From Podarcis filfolensis (Eukaryota), in the NCBI GenBank assembly GCA_964270895.1, contig OZ185441.1: a DNA stretch of 64,000 nucleotides, one strand, 5' to 3'. Below the pieces are notes generated by a model that had not been told where the DNA came from, did not search any database, and saw nothing but the letters and a program-made list of their open reading frames with translations. Below are positions 38,044 through 50,775 of the stretch, one piece after another. Position 1 is the first letter of the stretch, and every line of letters begins with the position of its first letter. The translations under genes were made by a program, and so were the position numbers.

Positions 38044-39322
38044 GTTTGGGAGGCTTTAGGACCAGTTGATAAGTAAGCTTATCCACCATAAGTTTGTTAA
38101 ACGCCATACAAAACCTGAATCATCTGATGTAATACAGTGCCCATTTTTGTGATATGTCCATCATATATAGCCCATAACCAATGCTTCTCCCAGATCCTTG
38201 TATGCTTTTGCTGGACTACTGAGAGAAAAATTAAAAGCTTGAAGACTTTTACTAACTTGGTTGTGTTGATTGTGTCAGAAGAACCTCATGCTTTTTTGAA
38301 TCCAAATCAGTGTATATAGCTCCCGGCCATTATATTTACTTCAATACCACAACTAATCAGGCACCTAGTCTGTATGAATAATACCTACTTTGTGTTTGGG
38401 GGGGGGGAAGTCTCATAAAACTGTCATTCTACATCCATGCATATACCAATATATTAATCTGCTCACTTTCAGTTAGTTAGAAACAGCATACATGAACACA
38501 TTGGTCTAATAAAGGATATCTCAAACTAAACTGTGTGCAGAGTGTAGGTACTTTGTTTTGCTGCATTTTGGTGAATGTTTCATGCTTGTCATTAAAGCTG
38601 AATATGCTGTTTCGTTAGATTAGGGATAAATGTTTCCCTTAATCTGTTTAGTGTTTTGATACAATCTGTACGGCTGGATTTGTAAAGGGTGAATAATTCT
38701 TTAGGAAGTATCAAAGGACCTGGCAAACAAATTTGCTTCTTTGGTGCATATCAGCCAGCTTTCTTTGCTAGCTCTCTTGCTTACAAAGTGGAACAGCTGA
38801 AGAATACAGAATATTCTTCACATCACATATTAGATTTCAGCATTTAGACCAGCTTTCTCCTCATACACCCCTCATCAAATCTTCATGCATCACAGACACT
38901 TCTGTTGATTATTCTTTTGCTCTGAAGTTATTTGTGTCTGTGTACTCCAAAATATTTACTGAGTACTATGGTTTTATTTCTTTAGTAATTGATTCTTTTT
39001 CATACATTTTTAAGGCCACAGAACTGAAATCACTGAAAAACTGTAAGGGCCTCATTCAATAGATTATTTTCCCCTGTGTAAATAGTCTTTGGGCTACCCC
39101 TGCCTGAGAATACACTAATATAGACAAATATAACAAGTGAATATAGAGCTGGAGCAGAATAGTGACATGGCAGAGCTTTCCACCACTGCCTTCTGGAACT
39201 AAATCTTTCTCTCAGGGAGCAGAGAAGGAAGCCTTCAGCATCTAGTGGCCTCTCAGCCACCATCCCAAGCACCATTGGATTCTTCTCTTAGTGTTTTATA
39301 TATTGTTATATCTCTCTTTAGG

Positions 39323-39487
39323 AACATAGGAAGCTGGCTCACCCTGAGTCAGAGCATGGGCCCATCTAGCTCAGCATTGTCAACAGATGGTGGTCATGGC
39401 TCTCCTGGATTTCAGGTAGGAGATTCTGCCAGCCAAACCCAGGACTGAACCTGGGACCTTCTGTGTTCAACCTCTACCACAGAGCTA
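39323..39487 (-). mobile_element. Decayed tRNA-derived SINE
   Basis: Similar to 13178-13344; reverse B-box-like GGACTGAACCTGGGACC. Confidence 0.5.
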
Positions 39488-39910
39488 CTGTCCTCCCCTC
39501 TACAGATCTTCTTCTGCTATATGATTATATAGATGTTCTATTGATAGCACATAAGAGGAGCCCTCCTGGATCACATCAAGGAAGCCTACAAATACTCAAG
39601 GCTGCTCAGACTGGTGACAAAAGCCAGCTGGCCTGACTTTTTACATTTGACAAAACATCACCATTCAGGGGTCAAGAGAAGACTTGTGGGGAACCCAAAA
39701 TTTCTTGTAAGTATATAAGAAAAGCTTTTGAAAAATCCATAAGGATTTTTTTTGGGGAGAAATAGTGGTACTGTGGTCTATGACCCAGATTTGTTCTCAA
39801 TAGGAGCCTACATTCCATCCTGGCTTCACCCAAGATGCCACGCACTTCCCTACTTCCCTGCACCCCCATTTGATATTTGGGGGGGCAGGGAAGTAGGGAT
39901 ACATTGAAAA

Positions 39911-39937
39911 TGTGTGTGTGTGTGCGCGCGCGTGCGC
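39911..39937. repeat. (TG)n(CG)n alternating purine-pyrimidine tract
   Basis: TGTGTGTGTGTGTGCGCGCGCGTGCGC. Confidence 0.9.
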
Positions 39938-40891
39938 TCATGACATCAAACATGGAGTCAGCAGAACGGTCTAGCTTCCATTAATCTGCCTGGAGCCCCT
40001 TTGTGCGTGTGTCATGTATGAAAGGTACAATGATAACCGTGAAATTGTATCATCTGAATATCTTTAAGGCAGTCACTTCCTTTTCATGATAGTTTGTTGA
40101 AAGAGCAGTAGCTGAAAAGGTGATAGCATCTGAATCACTCAGGCTGCTGACCATGGCTCAGGTGAAAATTATTATTTGGGAGGAATTGTTCCTCTTTTTG
40201 CAATTCTTCAGTTCTTCACTGTGTGCCAAGTAATTCCCTTCTGACCAGATAAATGGCTATTTGATCCATGTGATTTGATTCAATAAAAAAGTGCAATGAC
40301 ACTATTAGAATATGATGCTCTTCTAGTAAAACAGTGTTAATGCATAGCTCCTAATAGTCTACACTATATTTCCATCTAAGCATATTATTTTCAATTCCTA
40401 GGCCACAGAAGAATAGATATTAAACAAAACTCTTCACAGATTTCCAAAGTGATCTTGCATCATTTCCAGTAAAATTAAAGCCATAATCATGAACTCTGGT
40501 ATAACCTTTTGCTAGTTAAGGAACTTAAAGGAGCTAAAATAATTTAGCAGTGCTTCTCCAAAATATCTAATGGGGGCAACTTATGGCAGCTGAATGCCAC
40601 ACTGAAACAGAACGCAGAAAACCACCTCTACTTTAATAAGCATGCTATTAACCTTTCTCAGCAAAACGGTTATGATGCAGATCATCTTCCTGTATTTCAC
40701 ATATATCAGCTTACTGGGGAAAGCAAGCAAACAAATTCCTATTGCAAGAAGAAACATATCTGCTTGATCACAAAGTCCTCTTTGAAGAAGGAACATTTTG
40801 GAGAAAATGTAAGATACAGGCCAAAAAGTAAGTATTTGGTATTTGGAGCGGCTGGTATATACAGGTGAAACACTCAGCAGCTCTTCCTGTT

Positions 40892-41025
40892 ACAGATAGG
40901 TAGCCGTGTTGGTCTGCCATAGTCAAAACAAAAAATTTTTTTTTCCTTCCAGTAGCACCTTAAAGACCAACTAAGTTAGTTCTTGGTATGAGCTTTCGTG
41001 TGCATGCACACTTCTTCAGATACAC
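40892..41025 (-). mobile_element. Penelope-like retroelement terminal fragment
   Basis: GGTAGCCGTGTTGGTCTG...GCACCTTAAAGACCAAC...GAGCTTTCGTG...CTTCTTCAGATAC matches recalled reptile Penelope ends; 13-bp flanking direct repeat AGCTCTTCCTGTT. Confidence 0.8.
40986..41023 (-). ncRNA. Minimal type-I hammerhead ribozyme motif
   Basis: Minus RNA GUAU-CUGAAGA-A-GUGUG(CAUG)CACAC-GAAA-GC-UC^AUAC: core nucleotides, stem I (4 bp) and stem II (5 bp) present. Confidence 0.8.
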
Positions 41026-43443
41026 TTCCTTCTTCCTAGCTCTTCCTGTTTCTCGAAATTAATCTTGGTCCCACTAACAGCACAAACTTTAGTAAGCAGA
41101 GCAACTCATGGGAGGGAAAAATTCTTCTCTTTCCTTCCCATCACATCTTTGGGACAGCATGAGCAGTGATGGCACACAGACTGAGTCTTGGGAAGCAGCT
41201 GGTTGGCTTCCCCCCACCCCACTCTGTTTCAAAAACTGATGCTATGCCAGCAGCTTCTATGTAACAAGGGTCTCTGGTCAGGATAGTTTAAAAGATGGAG
41301 AGTTAGCGTGTAACGCCAAGTATAGAGGACAACTGCTTCATGCTTTCACTAATAATAATGGCACAAGCCACATGCCAACAGATGGGTAATGGCTTGGCCA
41401 CCTGAAGAAACTTCTACTTTCATGACAAATCCAGCTGTTACCTAGTTCCACTGAAACTTTAGTAAAATACTAATACTAATAACACTAATAATAAATGTTG
41501 CCAATTCCATGAGGTCAATGCATTCCTTCACTTTCTCCTGCCATCGACTTTTTCCTGCAACCATGTTTTATATGCACCCTCATGCAAAAATATTCATTTT
41601 ATTGTTATTTAACAAAACAGATATACTGCTTGTTGGTAACAAAACCTCTAAGAGGATAACAAAATACAAACCACGTTAAAATTGTCAACGAAGGACAAAA
41701 ACAGGTAGTTACAAACCTTTTAGGGATTATTAAAATTAACAGTAAACCAAAATGAGATTAACATATATGACAACATTCTGCATGTCTGGATAGGCTTGCT
41801 GAAACAAAAAATGTTGTAAGCAGACACACACACACACACAAAAGTACAGCAAACGCATCTGCCTGATGTCAATAGCAATAAGGAGTGATAGGAAAGTGAA
41901 TAATAAGGAATAATGCAGGAAACTTGTTCTATAAAGCCAACCTGTTCTGCTCCTGTGTTCTAAATAAATGGTTGTCCCATAAACCTGTTGGCCTAGAGGC
42001 TGGTTTGGGAAATTTGAGATGTAAGCACTTCCAACTCTTACTCCTATCCTGATTGTGTCAAGCCCCATTCCATCATCATTTTCAAATGCAATAGAAGCAT
42101 GCATGGGAAGAAGGAGCCACTGTCTAGAAACCTGGATGGGGCAGCGCTCAACAGGATGGCAGCATGGTCAAAGCCATGTGGATACACTAGAAGGCATATT
42201 GGATTCTGCCAGTGCCCTCACATGTCCCCAACCTCCCCACCACCCAACCTCAGGCCAATATAGGTAACCAGCAGTGACACACTATGACATTTGACCCATG
42301 ATAAATAGATAAAATATGCACAACAAGAAATGGGAATACATTTATGCTTGGGCTATTATAGAAAAATGTTCTGAGCCTCTTCAGTAGATTAAAAAAAAAG
42401 CAGCAAACCAATTCTGATATTATCTTTGCATTTCATTTATTTACCAATATTTAAAGGATAGGAAGGATTTGGAGTCAACTTATGTCACATAGCTGAAGGA
42501 TTTTTCGAGCCAAAGAAAAATCCAAGTTCTCAAATTTTCTATAAAAATCTTGTAGTTGAAATATAAATGTGGTAACTAGCATATGAGATATTCATGCATT
42601 AAACAGTACAGTACCTATTTTAGGGAACAGGCATTATTGGAAAGTGAATAAAAAATGCATACTATTATACACTGGTAAAACCACAAGTTGCATACAGGGA
42701 CAGTGCTGGGGCATTCTCAACCCCCCTCCCCAATCTTCGGAAAGTGGGTTTATTATTCAAAAGGGGCACCAAAGACTTTGGTGGTTATAAGATACACAAG
42801 AGTAACTACAACAAAGATTTGTACTTTTTGTAGTTTCATTCCCCCCTCCCCCCCATTTCATGTTCCTTGTTCACTTCAGTATGAGACTACTTTCATGTTT
42901 CCTGCTTGCCTCAGTCATGCAGTTTTGGATCACAATTCAGTTACTTAATTTGCAGCTGTATCACAAAAGTATGACTCAATGACAGAAGGTCCTTGAGTTT
43001 CATTTTCAGACCTCTAGGACACTTTCATTACATGAAGAGCTAAACAGAATCAGAGCACGATTCTTGGCAATAGCGTTTTGCAAAGATTTCAGTTTTTTAA
43101 AAAAATCAAGAATAATCTGCAGTGGGATTTGACTTTGGGCAGTAGCATCACATTCTAGCTCAAATTTAATTTGAGATCAATTAGAGCAGCTGCCCCAAGG
43201 CCCCTTTGCAGCAGAGGTCCTTTCTAGCCAGTTCTGCCTCCTCCAGTTCTGCCTGTAACACTTTAATATGCCTTTATTGATTTTCTTATTATTTAAAACC
43301 AAATTTTCAAGCCGACCATAAGGATGCTGTGCAACCCACACCACAAGCAGCAGATGGGGTGGTGAAGCATTGCTGGTGGCAATCTCAAAGAAAAGTTTCT
43401 GAGCTATTTTTAAGGAAATTTGCCGAAATCTACACTTCCGACA

Positions 43444-43558
43444 TGGGCTGCCATACATCCGGATTTTCCTGGACATTTAAGCAAATTCCGCCCAGGCGCT
43501 GTTTCAGATGGCTGAATCCTGTCTATGTCTGGGAAATTCTAGACGTATGGCAGCCCTA
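43444..43558. mobile_element. hAT (Blackjack/Tip100-like) MITE
   Basis: GGGCTGCCATACATCC...AGACGTATGGCAGCCCTA inverted ends. Confidence 0.7.
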
Positions 43559-44005
43559 GCCACATGCAGTGTTGCCGGGTGGGAGGGGAGGTCACAAGCC
43601 AACTACTTGAAACTAAAAGGCTTTCCTCACAGTCACATTTGTAAGTTGGGTCTTAGCTGCCCACCGTTTTCTAGTTTCAGTGCAGGATTAGTGGTCAATA
43701 TGGGGACAAGTGGGTTTTCCCCTCACCCCACCCAAATGCCTGCTTTGGGTCTGAAGGAAGTTTTTTCTCCATCTGTTCTGCACTGATTTTCTTTTCAGCT
43801 GTAGCCTCTAGTAGTCTATTCTTTTCTAACGTAGATCAGAACTGGCAGGGTGGGATAGCACAGGTGAAAAAGAGAATCAAAATGAAAATATACTAGTTAG
43901 AATCCTAAGGAATCAAATAGAAGGTGAATGCGGATGCCCCCCCCCCCACCTTAAATCAGTCTCTCGGGGTAGCAGCACTGATAGGAGATAGGAGTATCCT
44001 TTGGC

Positions 44006-44143
44006 CATTGCTATTTTTCTAGAAAAAGAGGTGCTGGAACTCACCATGAATGCCTCCCCTGTTCTCTTATAATGGCAATGGCGCCCACCTGAGAGGTGCT
44101 GGAACTGAGATCCAGCAAGTTCCTATTGAAAAAAAAACTCCTG
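44006..44143. mobile_element. hAT-type MITE
   Basis: Internal repeat GAGGTGCTGGAACT x2; flanking direct repeat CTTTGGC. Confidence 0.7.
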
Positions 44144-45639
44144 CTTTGGCATCTCAGAACTGTCAGCTACTGAGCCCACAAGTTAGTGAATATAATAGTT
44201 CCTTCACAATGTAATCCCATACTCAGATATGTAAGTCCCACTGAGGTCAATGGGATATACACCCAGATATATGTGCAGAACTGCAACCTAAATTACCAAG
44301 ATGGAAACTAAACATAAAATAGGATAAGGAAGAATGAAACCTTATTGAAATCACAAGTGCAGTGGTATGATCCCCTCTTAGTTAAAGAATAATTACTTGG
44401 TTTAAATATTGTGCAGGAATAATATATTTTACAAGGTTTATGCATTTATTATAATCCTTTTAAAAATGTGTATTTACTCTCATAATAGTAAGAACTTACT
44501 TTGAATAATGCAGTAAAAATACCCTCAAGAGTACGTTTTAAAAATTACATTACTAGCATTCATTTTCTGAATTAAATTGGAAATAGTAAAAAAAAGAAAG
44601 TGTGTGTGTGCGTGCACACACACACACACTTCATTCAGTTTAAATAGCAAGTGTTGCTGAAAAAATCACACAATACATGATTCACCAGTAATTACGAAGA
44701 AACTCAAACATTTTATGAAAAGGAATTATTGATATATAACCACAACAGACTGAAGTATTCCAATGTGATCTCTAATGGAAACTAGCAACATTCACAAACA
44801 CACCAACTCAATCATTCTAAAACAGACATAAAAGCAAATTATAGTAACAGCTAATATTGAATGTATGGGGCTTTAAAAGGCTTTTTACTCAAAGCAAACA
44901 AGGCTTTTTTTATTAAAAAGAAAGAAAATACCTAAAATAGTTATACAGATAAAACAAGCAAAATACTGCTCTTCAGTTTCCAAATTGCTAGTCTCTTATT
45001 TTGCTATAGGAATAATTTGGTACACTGTATTCATTATAATGACTGAAGAGAAATCATCTCTGGTGTTTATTGAATTTGTTCTGGCCAAACAACTCAGCAA
45101 CATATAAAGTTGATTCTTTCACTAATTTGGGAAGTTTTGTGAATTTTTCAAGATATATCTAGATTATTATCCCCTAAATCCTGACTTAAATTGCTTTTTG
45201 AAGAGTTGTCCAGAACATAGTGTGGTTCTTTGTACATCAAATTGCCCCCAAGGTGTCCCCAATGTGTTCTGACTCAGCTATCTTAAATTTTAACTTATGT
45301 GACTGTGCAAAGCACAGCCTTCTATAAGCCCAGTAGAACAAGTGAACCATCATGTTCACTAGCTATCCTATTCAATAGGATGTCACTTACCCTTTGTGTG
45401 CATGGAGGTATAAAGATACATGCAGACGCCTTATTCTACATCTGATTTTTTGGGGGGGAGGGAACACAACTATGAAAGGCATGTGCCTCACTTTGGCCAT
45501 TGCATTTGAAACTAGTGGTAATGCAGAGGAACAGTTCCAGTGCTGAAAGTTCTCTTTTCAGTTTGCACATGGAGCACTCCCTCCACACTTTTCCACTCAG
45601 TCCCGTGGTGGGAAACTCAAATTATCATAGGTACTCTCT

Positions 45640-45744
45640 TCTTAGGAATCCCAAGCTTTAAGCGTTGTCTCCTAAGAGACCACATTGTAATCCTGTGAAC
45701 CATTCTATAGTCTTTGGGTGAAGGGTGGAATAGAAATTTAAGGA

Positions 45745-45792
<48 letters not shown>
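45640..45792 (+). mobile_element. L2-type 3' tail ending in a long (AAT)n microsatellite (~45746-45792)
   Basis: CTGTGAACC...GGGTGAAGGGTGGAATAGAAATTTAAGGAAATAATAAT... Confidence 0.6.
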
Positions 45793-45793
<1 letters not shown>

Positions 45794-47019
45794 TCTGCAT
45801 AAGCCTTCATGAGATGCCACCAAGATTGTTCTAGCCATAATCAGCACCTGGTTCCTACTTCCTCTTCCCTTAACCTCACAACATTTCTGGGCTGGGTGTT
45901 TTCTTCAGTTTTGTTAGGAAGCTGAAAGTGATATGCAGGTTCCACCTTTTTAAGCTGTTTGCCTATTTTTCACAAAAACAGGATGGTTTTCGTAGGCTGT
46001 TTGCTTTCTGAGGCATGCCATGTGGAACTCAAGGCAAAATACAAAAAACGTTTCTCTCCCTCTATTACAGCCTGTGTCTATATGGCAGGGGAAGCCAACC
46101 TGGTGCCTCTTGGACTTCTATGGGCAGGGGCATGTCAAAGGGGGTGCTTTCCTTTCTACAGCCCTCCTCTTCCTTTATATACATGGACATAGTCATGAGG
46201 AATTGCTCACCTCACAGCTTTTATTAGGCATTAGTTATTAGACCACACTCGGAATACCCCGAGCCAATGCCAGTGATACTTCCCTCTCCCTGAAAGTTAA
46301 AGCAGCTTCTTTTGATTCCAGTTTTACTTACTTACTTACTAAACTTATATTCCACATTTCCTCCCAAAGAAGCCCAGTTTGGCAAACAATACAATTAAAA
46401 ATAAAATAACAACAGATTTAAAACATCTAAGTATCTACATAGTTCATCACCAGCCACCTGTGATCCAGCTCAAGGACACTTCTGTAAAAATTAAGCATAC
46501 TTCTTGCTTTATTAAGTCCTTACTAAAGCCAAGCAGTTCTTTCTCTGTCAGCTATAACAGCCTTTTCTAGCATATGCATGAAAGGGGATGGGAGGGATGG
46601 AGAGAATAATGTAGTTCTGTTACAGGAGCTTCCTGTGTTTTCAGCTCTGTTGGGGCTGAAGCGAGCAAGTTCACTGAAATGAGATTTATTTCCCTGTCTG
46701 TGCTGACTTTCTCCAGAGACTCAGAATGGAATATCTTCTCCATTCCAGCACAGGGGCTTGGATGAACCTGAAATGGATTAGCCCACTTTGTAAAAGGACA
46801 AACTACGACTAGTTCCTTTTCAGACAGAATGAACCCAAAGTAGAGTAAGTCCTTTTAAAAAATGAGCTTTCCAAACACAGACAGGAACCATATGCTCAGC
46901 ATTAGTTGGTCACAAAGTTCTCTGTCCACCTAAGGATGTGTATCCAGAAGTTTGCTTTGAAATGTGCCGAGTTCCCTAGCTAGATTGGGGCACTGGAGTT
47001 TAATTCTATGATTTCTGTA

Positions 47020-47261
47020 CAGTGGTACCTCGGGTTACATACACTTCAGGTTACATACGCTTCAGGTTACAGACTCCGCTAACCAAGAAATAGTACCTCG
47101 GGTTAAGAACTTTGCTTCAGGATGAGAACAGAAATCATGCTCCGGCGGCATGATGGCAGCGGGAGGCCCCATTAGCTAAAGTGGTGCTTCAGGTTAAGAA
47201 CAGTTTCGGGTTAAGAATGGACCTCCAGAACGAATTAAGTACTTAACCTGAGGTACCACTG
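47020..47261. mobile_element. Tigger/pogo-like MITE, full length
   Basis: TA-CAGTGGTACCTCGGGTTA...TTAACCTGAGGTACCACTG-TA. Confidence 0.93.
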
Positions 47262-48616
47262 TATTTTGGTCTGGCAAATATCATATGTGAACAGACTCGC
47301 AAACGAAAGCAGAATAAAGTCACCCCACTACACTGCTGCTAAGGAATTACTTATAACTGCTGTTGAGGGAATGCTTACCTTTATAAAAGTGGTAAATATA
47401 GAAGCTATGTTCTCTTACAGCAACAAAAGCACTGAGCTGTCAGATTTGAGGTGGCATAAAAATGTTCCCTTTTTAAATGCTGGGCGACTCATCTCTTCAG
47501 TGCTAAATTTAGCTTGAAATTTAAAAGGCAGCTTAATAATAAAAAGCCCTTAAACTATTTCTCTCTCTCAAAAATGTTTATATGTTTCCCTTGGATAACA
47601 TGCTTCCATTTATATTAGAAGAATTCATAACAATGTTTGTAGAAATGACACTTCGTGAAAAGAACTCTGATCCTTTGTTACCACTTTGATTAATTTTATT
47701 CATTGCATTGTTCTGTGCTGAAAGTGGCCCATAGGGCGGCATTGAAAAGACAATTTTAATCACACAAAAAGACAGGAAAACAGGCTTTTCTCCAAGAGAA
47801 ATAAACAAAGAGGAAAGCATACCCTGCAGAGTTTTGAGGAAGCAGAAAACCCTCTCCATTTAAACAGTGGAGCTTTATGGTGGGGCAAGTAATTGATGGG
47901 GAGGAAATGAAGACATCAGTTCTGGATTTTTAAAAAAATCCTATCACAAACAACACAGCAATCCTCTTGCTCTTTTTGTTAAAGCTTATCCATTGAACTT
48001 CAAGTAGGTCTGTGAAGAGAAAAAGAACAAAGCTCAAAAGAACACATTTCTCAGCAGGGTAGCCATTGTTGTGCTCCTGTCCAAAGCAGGGCAAGATACC
48101 AACAACAACAAAAAGCGTTTAAGCACTGCTTGGCACCGTGCTTTGAGTTTTTGACTGCCATTTCAGTAAGTGAATAACTGTATCCAAACACAATGAGCAG
48201 TAGTAAATACTCTAGAACAGGGAAGAGCCAAAGAGGGGGTTCCTTTTGTGAAGGTTTTGGGCAGTGTTGAAAAGCACTCCCTTTTTTGGCAGTCTTTGAA
48301 GATGGTGTTGAAAGGCAGAAAAGGGATTCTGTTTAGAATGAGGACAATGCATTGGCTTAGTTATCCACCAGTGAAATCAACACATAATCAAATCTGATTA
48401 GCCACATCATGTTATGATGTCATCCTGCTCCCTATGTAATTCCTTAGTGGCTGGGATTGACCATGTGACTAACTGAGGAAGAGGGTTCTATAATGGAAAG
48501 CAGCAGCAGAGAAGGGAAACAATGGCAGAAATGTAGTTGAAATAGGGGAATATTCTCAAGTTTAGGGTCCCCCCCCAAAATGTTTCTGTCTTCCAAAAGC
48601 ATCACTTTCAAAAGCA

Positions 48617-48851
48617 TCACGGTAATGGCACCCACCCTGTGGAACGCCCTCCCATCAGATGTCAAAGAAATAAACAACTACCTGATGTTTAGAAGACATC
48701 TGAAGGCAGCCCTGTTTAGGGAAGTTTTTAATGACTGATGGTTTAATGTATTTTTAATCTTTTGTTGGAAGCCGCCCAGAGTGGCTGGGGAAACCCAGCC
48801 AGATGGGTGGGGTATAAGTAATAAATCATCATCATCATCATCATCATCATC
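48617..48851 (+). mobile_element. L2-clade LINE 3' end with (CAT)n tail
   Basis: Encodes APTLWNALPSDVKEINNYLMFRRHLKAALFREVF*, the L2 AP.LWN.LP...FK..LK..LF motif. Confidence 0.9.
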
Positions 48852-49230
48852 TTTCAAACTGAACATTGGAATACGTGCAGTAACATAGTGCAGCTACGTG
48901 CAGTAGCTCTTCTCTAGCATCCACCATGGTCATCATGCTGAAATTAAAAGGCTTTGTGTAACTCCCCATACTAGATGCCATATGAATGTTTATAAGCAAA
49001 CATATGCATACATCATATCAGACTCAGTCCTACAGGACAAGCTAGGAATATCTCCTTACATGTGTCACTAATCTCTAGAGCTAGAAATGGTGGCATAAGC
49101 AAACACCCAAATTAGCTAAGCCATTACAATCACTGCAGCCAGCAAGCTCAGATTCCATGGGAGACTACAAGTATTGTTTTTGTGCTCCTCTCCTCACAAC
49201 CTCAGAACATAGGAAATGGAAATGATGGTG

Positions 49231-50037
49231 TGCTTGACTGGCTGCGGCTTGCGTGGCGATTCCTGCCCCCTCCCACAGATGGAGTAAATAAAGACACCGG
49301 ACACCAGAATTTAGGTTAATGGGCGAAAATGGCCACAACTTTATTGATTACAGGTAAGAGCGGTATTGGCTTTTAGGCATTGGCCCTAACAGACTATCCG
49401 GTCTAACCTGGAAGGGTTAAGCACCAACAGGGGGAGCCCCCAAGATGTACATCCCTGGGCGCTCCCCAAGGGGTTACAGCTCGGGAGCGCGCTTTAGGCC
49501 CTAGCCTCCGTAGGTTTCGGACGAGGCGACGCCCCCCGGAGTCCTTTAACGAACTACCCTTCAATATTTGGGGGAGGTGATGGCGTTCCTCCCCCCCAAC
49601 TTCATTTGCATAACAATACCCCTGCCAATGCCTAACCGCCAAAACCAGGAATTGTGACGTTTTGCTACGAGGTAGGCAAAAAAACCAAGTGGCTTCAAAA
49701 TACAGCCAATTTGCCAAATGGAAAAACTCCTACCAGGCCCCTTGCGGCAACCAGCCGAAGCCCATAGCAAAGTCCGAATGCAAACCTAGAGGGCGGGTGG
49801 GTGGGAAACCGCAGGTGCTGTAGGAAAGAAAAGGGGGCGAGCCAGGGCTGCCCTGACCTTAAGAGCACCTGGTAAGCCCGCCCCTAGCGCCAGCCGATTG
49901 GCTGGCGCTGAGGGCGATGAATATTGATGAGCTAGGGGAATCCCTGAGTCCCGCGGGGCTGACGCCAGGCCCGCGAGATTGTAGTTGGGGGCGTGAGCCC
50001 GCAACCCCCCCCCTCTATGTCGGGAGTGGCTTTCTCA
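49231..50037 (-). mobile_element. CpG-rich solo LTR (~807 bp), ERV- or Gypsy-like
   Basis: Minus strand TGAGAAAG...AAGCA with CCAAT and GC boxes near the 5' end and AATAAA at plus 49340-49345; imperfect 4-bp TSD GGTG/GCTG, so the left boundary is uncertain. Confidence 0.7.
49604..49618 (-). promoter_or_regulatory. SOX-OCT composite motif in the LTR
   Basis: Minus strand TATTGTTATGCAAAT vs consensus CATTGT(T/C)ATGCAAAT. Confidence 0.65.
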
Positions 50038-50775
50038 GCTGTGAAGGGAAAGCATCCTGCAATCTATCAAAGGTATTTCTTCCTTGCTATTACATCACAA
50101 ATTCCAGGTTTTAAGCCATGTATTAATAGTAGGCTACAGCACAGTGACCCCTGCATTAAATGAAGCCCTGGATGTTGGGAGTTATTGGGGGGGAAACAAA
50201 AATGACATTTGTCATGGCTCTTGGGGGAAGATGGCAAATGTAAAATTGCCACTCTTCAGAGACTAATTGCAATGTGTTGTATATCCTTGGCACACCTGAT
50301 GAAACTATTCTATCAATCCTAACCACATTCATGCTCCTGGAATTATGTCAGAGGGCTTTAATATCAGATCAGAACAAAATTGCTTCTATTGGAAGCACTT
50401 TGTTAAAGAAATGAATGTTCTTGGAGATGCAGTCTGTGGACTAAACAAACCATAATTTTGAAGCTGCTCCAATGTAAAAAATACATTTCATTTTTCAAGC
50501 TATATGTGAAAGTGGGTGAATCTAATACCTGAGATTGGATATCTTTTAACAACAGCAGGCTTCACTTTTTGAAAGGAGGGCTTGTTGTAATGTTTTATTT
50601 TGGCTTCACTAGTACACTTTCCAATTAACAAATAATTGTGAGATGCGGGCCATTTGACTGAGACTGATCATTGACCAAAATATCTTTGTAGCCAGAATTG
50701 TTACTGGGGGCTATTTATTCTAACTAATAATTCATTATATTTGTAAAAAATGCTTAGTGCAGGCATTTAATTGTA

